Shown: positions 8,790-15,070 of the stretch, piece after piece
Numbering within the stretch: position 1 is the first letter of the stretch
Layout: the number at the start of each line of letters is the position of its first letter
NCBI GenBank assembly: GCA_001563335.1
Contig: LRSL01000012.1
Span: forward strand, 1 to 15,070
Origin: Candidatus Thorarchaeota archaeon SMTZ1-45
Lineage (GTDB): Archaea; Asgardarchaeota; Thorarchaeia; Thorarchaeales; Thorarchaeaceae
DNA length: 15,070 nt
Direction of reading: 5' to 3'
Notes under the pieces: model-generated
The model's database searches: none
The model's input: the letters and a program-made list of their open reading frames with translations, nothing else
Told to the model about the DNA's origin: nothing
Position numbers and translations under genes: made by a program

Positions 8790-9920
8790 ATGAAAGTTGA
8801 ATTAAATGTCAGTGTTCAGAATGTGATAGATGGACTAGTTGCATCAGGTGAAGAAATAGGTTTACAGGTCGCAGTCTATGTTAATGGCGAACTTGTCGTC
8901 GATGCATGGACTGGGGTTGTGGATGAGGTCAATAGGAAACCAGTCAATGGTGATACACTCTTCACATCGTGGTCGACGACCAAAGGGTTTGTTTCAACGT
9001 GTATTCACATTCTTGCTGACCGTGGTCTTATAGACTACGACACTCCAGTGGATACTTACTGGCCTGAGTTTGCAGCACATGGCAAAGACAAGATCACGGT
9101 TCGTAATGTCCTCACTCATTCCTCCGGGATACCACAGATGCCTGAGGATGTAACTCCAGAGATGCTGACAGACTGGGATGCAATGTGCACGGCAATAGCT
9201 AACCTTAAGCCACTATGGACTCCAGGGACTAAATCTGTCTATCATTTTTGGACATTCGGGTGGATTATTGGTGAGGTCATCCGTCGAGTCGATGGTCGCC
9301 CCGTTTCACAGTTTGTACAGGAAGAACTCTGTCAACCTCTGGGTATCAATGACTTCTATCTGGGCATTCCTGATACTGTGGAGCATCGTGTCGCACCACT
9401 TAGAGAAGAATCAACTCCTGATGCTGTAGCATCTGAACTGGACGATTTGGTTTTCCGAGTGACACCACCACAGATTACATGCGCTGAAGCTCTCAATCGA
9501 CATGATGTCCGACGGGCTTGCATCCCTGCCTGTGGTGGAATCATGAATGCTCGTGCTATTGCTCGACACTACGCAATGCTTGCTGGCTTCGGAGAGTTAG
9601 ATGGAATCCGAATCTTGTCAAAAGAACGAGTCGAGCTGATTCGCACTCTTCAGAAAGTTGATCCGGACGAGGTCCACATAGGGCAGATTCCCAAAGGTCT
9701 TGGATATCTCCTTGGGGGAAATCCCTATCATGACTGGAGTATCGCAATGGGTGAGACTGGTGGAGAATTTGGCCATCCCGGTCATGGTGGTTCACTAGGG
9801 TTTGCTGACCCAAACCGAAACCTTGGCTTTGGTCTGACCAAGAATCTCATGAAAGAAGGGGATGAAACCGTACGCATGGTGGCTGAAACAATCAGAAATC
9901 ATCTCGATAATACTCTCTAA
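8790..9920 (+). CDS. Serine hydrolase, beta-lactamase-related esterase (EstA/family VIII-like), cytoplasmic
   Basis: SxxK (WSTTK), YWPEFAAHGKDKITVRNVLTHSSG, YH, FGHPGHGGS..FADP motifs. ATG 8790 preferred over TTG 8775. Confidence 0.93.
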   Translation: MKVELNVSVQNVIDGLVASGEEIGLQVAVYVNGELVVDAWTGVVDEVNRKPVNGDTLFTSWSTTKGFVSTCIHILADRGLIDYDTPVDTYWPEFAAHGKDKITVRNVLTHSSGIPQMPEDVTPEMLTDWDAMCTAIANLKPLWTPGTKSVYHFWTFGWIIGEVIRRVDGRPVSQFVQEELCQPLGINDFYLGIPDTVEHRVAPLREESTPDAVASELDDLVFRVTPPQITCAEALNRHDVRRACIPACGGIMNARAIARHYAMLAGFGELDGIRILSKERVELIRTLQKVDPDEVHIGQIPKGLGYLLGGNPYHDWSIAMGETGGEFGHPGHGGSLGFADPNRNLGFGLTKNLMKEGDETVRMVAETIRNHLDNTL

Positions 9921-9951
9921 TCGAATTTCTTTAATGGAGAAAAGAAGAAGA

Positions 9952-10054
9952 TGAAAGAGGTGATTTAAACCTCTTTCAGTGGGTGAAACTACATCTGCTT
10001 CTCTTGCCTGTATGGTAGATGGTCAGGTCCAAAGAACTCATGAGCTATGACGAT
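9952..10054 (-). repeat. Cassette-boundary repeat copy 7 (closest to consensus)
   Basis: Perfect 10-bp IR TGAAAGAGGT/ACCTCTTTCA (9952-9978). Core 9985-10053. Minus strand IVIAHEFFGPDHLPYRQEKQM*. ~8/69 mismatches. Confidence 0.95.
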
Positions 10055-10103
10055 GAATGAGATGAAATTGGCTCTGATTTTTACCTGCGGGACTTTCTCA
10101 AAG

Positions 10104-10146
10104 TTTATATGGTTTCAATATCAATACCGATATCGCAAGCGATATC
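10104..10146 (+). promoter_or_regulatory. TATA box and palindromic PadR operator candidate
   Basis: TTTATAT (10104-10110) preceded by purine-rich AAAG; perfect IR GATATCGC-AA-GCGATATC (10129-10146) over the expected transcription start. Confidence 0.7.
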
Positions 10147-10195
10147 AATAGTGATAAAGTTGTTACAATACCTGAATGGAGGTGAAAGAAAAAAC

Positions 10196-10735
10196 ATGCG
10201 TAGATCACATATACACAGACACTGGGATAGACGAACCTCATCAGTCCCGAAGGGATACCTTCGAGGCAAAGTCCTACGACTACTCAATAAGAAACCTATG
10301 TCGGGTGCTGAGATTATGAGTGATATTGAGGAAAACACTGGTCACAGATGGAGACCAAGTCCTGGATCTGTCTATCCGCTACTCTCATGGCTCTTAGACT
10401 CGGGTTATACGAAGGAACTGGCTGACACCGAGGCAGGTGTCCGACGATACGAGTTGACCGAGGAAGGTAGGAAACTTCTGGAAGAGCATGAGGAACGAAG
10501 AGCACAAGATAAAGGCGCTAGATTCTTCGGACCCCAGTTCGATGAATGGGATGGTGCCTTACCTGAAGGGGTTAGAGAACTAGCTGAAAGCTGGCATAAG
10601 ATGCGGAGAGCCAGTTATGCCCTCCGGAGAAAGCTAATGAAGGAATACTCCGAAACACTAGTATTGGAGGCTAAGAAACTGGTGGATGAATTCACGGAGA
10701 AGATCTCCAGAATAGCTGAATTTGATAAGGCATAA
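10196..10735 (+). CDS. PadR family transcriptional regulator
   Basis: KPMSGAEIM..WRPSPGSVYPLL..RRYELTEEGRKLL winged-helix signature. ATG 10196 follows GGAGGTGA RBS; the ORF-track start 10109 overlaps the promoter. Confidence 0.93.
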   Translation: MRRSHIHRHWDRRTSSVPKGYLRGKVLRLLNKKPMSGAEIMSDIEENTGHRWRPSPGSVYPLLSWLLDSGYTKELADTEAGVRRYELTEEGRKLLEEHEERRAQDKGARFFGPQFDEWDGALPEGVRELAESWHKMRRASYALRRKLMKEYSETLVLEAKKLVDEFTEKISRIAEFDKA

Positions 10736-10746
10736 ACTGCATCTAC

Positions 10747-10785
10747 GATGGAGTGGATTCCTTCACTCCATCACACTCTTTTTTT
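10747..10785 (+). terminator. Hairpin + T-tract terminator after padR-like gene
   Basis: GATGGAGTG/CACTCCATC stem (10747-10772) followed by ACACTC and TTTTTTT. Confidence 0.7.
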
Positions 10786-10806
10786 CATACCATGTATTAA
10801 CTAGAA

Positions 10807-10860
10807 AGAGAGAGTGAGAGCGAAAGACCCCCTCTCTAATTAATTAATGAATCTACATCT
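10807..10860 (-). repeat. Cassette-boundary repeat copy 8 (truncated)
   Basis: AGAGAG...GAAAGACCCCCTCTCT hairpin-like segment, then GAATCTACATCT (10849-10860), matching the first 12 nt of the core at 11/12. Similarity stops abruptly at 10861. Confidence 0.7.
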
Positions 10861-10938
10861 AGAGTACCATCTAAGTTAAGTGATAAGATATACTATTGAA
10901 TTTCAATTCACGTTGTTGCGAAAGGAAAGGGAGATCGC

Positions 10939-13900
10939 ATGAAATGGTCGATTTTCGTATTTGTTCTTTCAATGATTTTAGTATTTACATGGACACCAAT
11001 AATCTCAGACCCTACTGGACCATTAGAACATAGGTCAATTTCGTTTAGGCATGGTTTTCAACAATCCTATGATGTTCATAGTCCAATTGTTATTGCTAAT
11101 AATACAGACTTCGAATATCAGGCACAGCTTGAAGGATGGGTTGGAAATGGTACTCAGTCTAATCCCTACATTATTGAGGGCCTTTTGATAGATAGAAGCG
11201 GCTTAGCAGGTTATTGTATCGACATCCGGTCCACCACTATATATTTTGAGATACGAAATTGCCATCTCACTGGAGCAACAGTGAATGGGTATGCAGCTAT
11301 ATACCTGGGTGCAGTATCAAATGGAAAACTAACAAACAACAACTGCTCGGTCAATTACTATGGAATTTATGCTAATGGTGGGGGATACAATACGCTATAC
11401 AACAACACTTGCAGGAATAACTACAATGGAATTTATGTTCGAGCTTCTGCCTCACCCACTGTATCAAACAACAATTGTAGTGACAACTCTCTTTATGGCA
11501 TTTACTTGTGGGGCTCTGCTACAACAAATGGTGTAATTCAGGATAATCTATGTTTAGATAATGGTGGAAACGGCATCGATTCATACTACACTCATGATAC
11601 AAGTTATATAAACAACACATGCGTAATAAACTCAGGTTCAGGTATTCATATCAATATCGGGAACAATCCTTTCTTATTGAATAATACATGTAATTGGAAT
11701 GGCGGGCATGGAATTCACCTGGATCAGGGAGGTTATACATATCACTACGTTAGAAACAATACCTGTAGCAATAATAGTGTTATAGGAATCTATGCTCAAG
11801 ATTGGACAGATGGTGAAATCATCAAGAATTTGTGTTGGGACAACTCCTATGGTATCAGACTCACTGCATCGGACTCAGTCATAATAAGGAACAACACGCT
11901 CAATGTACACAATATTGGCATCTCGATAGACGGGTCATCAGATGGAAACACGTTCAACTGGAACGCAGTCAGAGATTGTGTTACCAACTACGCCATAGAT
12001 GATGGTACTAGTAACAATTTCAACTACAACTTTTGGTCAAACTACACAGGAACTGACAGTGATATGGATGGTTATGGTGACACGCCTTATTCTATCGATG
12101 GAACCTCTATGACGCAGGATTCGTATCCTTTAATATTCCCTCCTGATTTACCACCAATCGCTTGGATTGAGACGCCAATCAATCAAGTAATTTCTGAATT
12201 CGATGTATTCTATTATGACCTGAATGCGACTTTACATGCATCTTTAGACACTTGGCATGTAAACGACACGAATCATTTCACTGTGGACTCACTGGGAGTT
12301 GTGAGAAACTCATCTATTCTTGACCCAGGCATGTATGGAATCCAGATTGTAGTTAATGACTCATATGGCAACTATCTCATCGGAACCTTCTCACTGCTAG
12401 TTCTTGATTTCACACAGCCCAGTTGGATTGAGGAACCAACTAATAGATACTTCAGAGCTACCGATGCAATAATAGTCGACTTGGATGCATTTGATATTTC
12501 AGGCATCGACACGTGGTGGATTAGTGATGAAACAAATTTCATTATAGATGAAAATGGTGTGATAACGAATGTCAAGTCCTTACCTGATGCGATTTACCCA
12601 ATCCAAGTCTGGGTCAATGACACATCAGGGAACACACTCTCCGCCCAATTCAACATCAGTGTGGACCATAGTGCACCATATAGGCATGCCGCAATCTATA
12701 TCAATGGTGATGCTGATTTCTTGGTTCAAAACTGGTCTGGTGCAGGCACCCTCGAAGACCCCTATATCATTGAGTATCTTGAGATAAGTCCTGATGGAGA
12801 TTTTGAGTTTTGTATAGAGATTCTAAATACGCAATCATACTTCATCATTCGAGATTGCTTGTTGATTCATGCATGCATTGGGATCCGTCTCTACAATGTA
12901 ACTAATGCACTGATTGAGAATAATCTACTTTTAAACAATGAAGCTGGGATTGAATTGTCCTATTCATCCAACAATGATTTCCTTGATAATCTCTTTGACA
13001 GCTCTGAATTTGGTCTCTACTTGTGGAATTCGAATGAAAACAGAATAGATGGCTGTTCATTTAGTGGTGGTCAAGCTGGAATGTATTTCTATGAATCTGA
13101 TTGGAACGAAGTGACTGCATGTATCTTCAATCAGAGCTACAATGGACTTTATTTCAACACTTCCTCTTCCAACACAATCCTCATGAACACATTTCTTGAC
13201 TTCTCAATGTATCAAATTGTATTCTGCTCGCCATCAAACACTAACAACATTACTTGGAACATTTTCAATAATACACTAGGCTTCTACTTTAGCGGATTTA
13301 TTGTTAACATCTATGACTACAACTTCTGGCTTGCATATGCTGGTGTGGATGATAATGCTGATGGATATGGTGACACTCCATATTATATTCCTGGGGGAAT
13401 TGGACATGAGGATTCACACCCTCTCATGTACAGACCTTATCATCCAAGCTTTACAGACTTCCCAGAAGACCAGATCATTGAGATAGGGACAGCGTTCCAA
13501 TTCGATTGTAATGTCTACTCTCAGGCACCTATTTGGAGATGGTGGATTGATGATGAACTGCATTTTAATATCGATACCGAAGGAATCTTGACAAATACAA
13601 CATTTCTGGAAGCAGGTGAATATGTTATTAGAATTGGTGTTGAAAACATCTACAAGTTTGGTATCTCATCCATTTTTGTTCTGACCATTCAGGATACTAC
13701 CTCACCAATATTCGTTCCCTCCCTGACTAATCAGATGGTTGAATTTGGAAGCGTCTTATATTACGATATCAATGCACACGATTGGGGAGGTATTGACCAA
13801 TGGTGGATCAATGACACCATCCATTTCTCAATAGATAGTAATGGACATGTTACATCCGTTGGACCCCTTCCTGTTGGCGTTTACGGTCTTCGTGTCTGGG

Positions 13901-14604
13901 TAAATGACACACATGGAAACTTGTTAAGTGACACGTTTTCCATCGAAGTTCAGGATACATTGTCCCCAGAGTGGATAGAAACTCCAACTGACCAATTCGT
14001 TGAGTATGGCACCACATTTGTGTGTATGCTCAATGCTACCGACCTATCAGGTATTGATGACTGGTGGATTGATGACATAATTCGATTCACAATAGATTGG
14101 ACTGGAACAATCAGGACAATATCGATTCTACCCCCGGGTTCCTATGGCATTCAAGTCTGGGTCAGTGATATTTATGGCAATGAACTGAGTGCGGCGTTTG
14201 TTGTGGATGTTGCAGACACAACACCTCCAGAGTGGGTTGTTGAACCAGTCGACCAGTTCTTGGAATATGGTGAACCCTTAAGTTATCAGCTCAATGTATT
14301 TGACCTATCAACTATTGATGCATGGAGTCTTAATGATACAGAGAATTTTCATATCAATACTAGCGGATTGATTACAAACATTGTGCTACTTGATCCTGGA
14401 CAATATAGCCTACAGGTCAGTGTATCTGATGAATATGGAAACACACTCAGTTCTATCTTCACTATCCACGTTGTTGACATAACAACAACCCCTCCACCCC
14501 CTATACTTACTCCAGAAGTAATCTATCTTTTAGTTGGTGTAGTTGCAACAGTGGCAATCACAATCACACTATTCATCATCTTGAGAAAGCGTTCTGGAAG
14601 ATAA
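10939..14604 (+). CDS. Large cell-surface protein: two NosD/CASH beta-helix modules, multiple ~87-aa Ig/cadherin-like repeats, C-terminal TM anchor
   Basis: Signal peptide; two GW/NW-x-G-x-GT-x-x-N/DPYIIE-headed beta-helix blocks, each ending YNFW..Y.G.D..DGYGDTPY; repeated P.W...P.DQ..E.G..D.SGID.WW..D...F.ID..G.I units; TM + RKRSGR tail. Confidence 0.92.
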   Translation: MKWSIFVFVLSMILVFTWTPIISDPTGPLEHRSISFRHGFQQSYDVHSPIVIANNTDFEYQAQLEGWVGNGTQSNPYIIEGLLIDRSGLAGYCIDIRSTTIYFEIRNCHLTGATVNGYAAIYLGAVSNGKLTNNNCSVNYYGIYANGGGYNTLYNNTCRNNYNGIYVRASASPTVSNNNCSDNSLYGIYLWGSATTNGVIQDNLCLDNGGNGIDSYYTHDTSYINNTCVINSGSGIHINIGNNPFLLNNTCNWNGGHGIHLDQGGYTYHYVRNNTCSNNSVIGIYAQDWTDGEIIKNLCWDNSYGIRLTASDSVIIRNNTLNVHNIGISIDGSSDGNTFNWNAVRDCVTNYAIDDGTSNNFNYNFWSNYTGTDSDMDGYGDTPYSIDGTSMTQDSYPLIFPPDLPPIAWIETPINQVISEFDVFYYDLNATLHASLDTWHVNDTNHFTVDSLGVVRNSSILDPGMYGIQIVVNDSYGNYLIGTFSLLVLDFTQPSWIEEPTNRYFRATDAIIVDLDAFDISGIDTWWISDETNFIIDENGVITNVKSLPDAIYPIQVWVNDTSGNTLSAQFNISVDHSAPYRHAAIYINGDADFLVQNWSGAGTLEDPYIIEYLEISPDGDFEFCIEILNTQSYFIIRDCLLIHACIGIRLYNVTNALIENNLLLNNEAGIELSYSSNNDFLDNLFDSSEFGLYLWNSNENRIDGCSFSGGQAGMYFYESDWNEVTACIFNQSYNGLYFNTSSSNTILMNTFLDFSMYQIVFCSPSNTNNITWNIFNNTLGFYFSGFIVNIYDYNFWLAYAGVDDNADGYGDTPYYIPGGIGHEDSHPLMYRPYHPSFTDFPEDQIIEIGTAFQFDCNVYSQAPIWRWWIDDELHFNIDTEGILTNTTFLEAGEYVIRIGVENIYKFGISSIFVLTIQDTTSPIFVPSLTNQMVEFGSVLYYDINAHDWGGIDQWWINDTIHFSIDSNGHVTSVGPLPVGVYGLRVWVNDTHGNLLSDTFSIEVQDTLSPEWIETPTDQFVEYGTTFVCMLNATDLSGIDDWWIDDIIRFTIDWTGTIRTISILPPGSYGIQVWVSDIYGNELSAAFVVDVADTTPPEWVVEPVDQFLEYGEPLSYQLNVFDLSTIDAWSLNDTENFHINTSGLITNIVLLDPGQYSLQVSVSDEYGNTLSSIFTIHVVDITTTPPPPILTPEVIYLLVGVVATVAITITLFIILRKRSGR

Positions 14605-14721
14605 TCCAGTCGGAATATCTCTCTTTACTTGAATTGGTAAATCAATAATCACTCAAATCTGCTAAATGAACACATTCTCTCCATTTTTAGATTTAAATAT
14701 CCGACATTCTGTAAATACGCT

Positions 14722-15070
14722 GTGTCAATAGTATCTATTGTAAAGGGAGAACGTGGCGTTAAACCCGTATTTCGAGCAATTGAATTAATACCGTTCAGGC
14801 AGGCCCTTGCACCCCATGAAACTATCTTAGTGAAACCAAATCTGATAACAGGTCACCCCTTCCAGACAGGGATAACAACCGATCCTATTGTTGTGGAAGC
14901 GGTGATTATGAAAATTATGGAACTTGACAAGAAAGCTATAGTGGTTGAAACAGAGGGCGGGATAACATCACCAGACGAAGCAATCATTGAAACAGGCATG
15001 ATGGAAGTGATTGATCGATTGGGTTCTGAGTACGTCAACATGGGGAAGCTTGATGATAAGGTCGAATTGG
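14722..15070 (+). CDS. DUF362-domain protein (partial, runs off window end)
   Basis: Not in the ORF track because there is no stop in the window. GTG 14722 opens MSIVSIVKGERGVKPVFRAIELIPF...ILVKPNLITGHPFQTGITTDPIVVEAVI...VVET, the VKPN / TTDP motifs of DUF362. TTTAAATA TATA box at 14692-14699. Confidence 0.8.
   Translation, partial: MSIVSIVKGERGVKPVFRAIELIPFRQALAPHETILVKPNLITGHPFQTGITTDPIVVEAVIMKIMELDKKAIVVETEGGITSPDEAIIETGMMEVIDRLGSEYVNMGKLDDKVEL

Noticed and set aside
8494-8793. Short ORFs 8494..8715(-) and 8569..8793(+)
   Set aside because: They span repeat copy 6 and its terminator in frames other than the conserved one; likely spurious.
4379-9920. Antibiotic-resistance island (MBL + two beta-lactamase-family genes)
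   Set aside because: The folds are broad hydrolase superfamilies and the motifs fit generic esterases, peptidases and hydrolases. Resistance cannot be inferred from sequence, and an archaeal host lacks the beta-lactam target.
10734-10744. AAACTGCATCT resembling the core start AAACTACATCT
   Set aside because: 10/11 match only, with no upstream hairpin and no downstream core; likely chance.
142-10860. Repeats as a CRISPR array
   Set aside because: Intervals are 0.9-2 kb and contain whole genes; repeats are long and degenerate; no cas genes.
142-10860. Repeats as canonical integron attC sites
   Set aside because: No RYYYAAC...GTTRRRY ends and no full-length imperfect palindrome on either strand; conservation is codon-like instead.
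142-10860. Repeats as MITE/IS ends, tRNA fragments or structured ncRNA
   Set aside because: No terminal inverted repeats or target-site duplications seen; all copies are co-oriented; no T-loop/CCA features; the core has no obvious conserved fold. A covariance analysis has not been run, so ncRNA is not formally excluded.
14608-14700. Possible ninth repeat copy (GGAATATCTCTCTT; CTCTCCATTT)
   Set aside because: Only short matches to hairpin arms, with no recognisable core or peptide frame; could be an ordinary pyrimidine-rich terminator.
304-15041. Other short antisense or alternate-frame ORFs nested in long genes (e.g. 304..582, 6011..6358, 9556..9813, 14853..15041)
   Set aside because: Shadow ORFs of well-supported genes; 14853..15041 is antisense to the DUF362-like frame.

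Overview
Archaeal-looking accessory region. TATA boxes and NosD/CASH beta-helix surface proteins with Ig-like repeats and a C-terminal TM anchor suggest Asgard/Thorarchaeota, which is an inference. The window is a tandem array of small, functionally unrelated gene modules: a GNAT gene end; a surface protein; a trypsin-like protease plus a free prodomain homolog; TetR/MBL/membrane protein; SatD plus a broken membrane gene; two serine hydrolases; PadR. A 1221-aa surface protein and a partial DUF362-like gene follow. The modules are separated by a previously unannotated ~100-bp direct repeat (7 full copies, 1 truncated), made of a variable hairpin plus an indel-free 69-bp core. Read on the minus strand, the core is the last ~22 codons and stop codon of a protein (consensus QIVMAREIFGPDYLPYRQEKQM*, resembling an acyl-CoA dehydrogenase C-terminus), followed by a terminator. 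This suggests repeated insertion of integrase-less cassettes into the 3' end of a housekeeping gene: an integron-like accretion array with a protein-coding att site. Neither an integrase nor the intact target gene is in the window.
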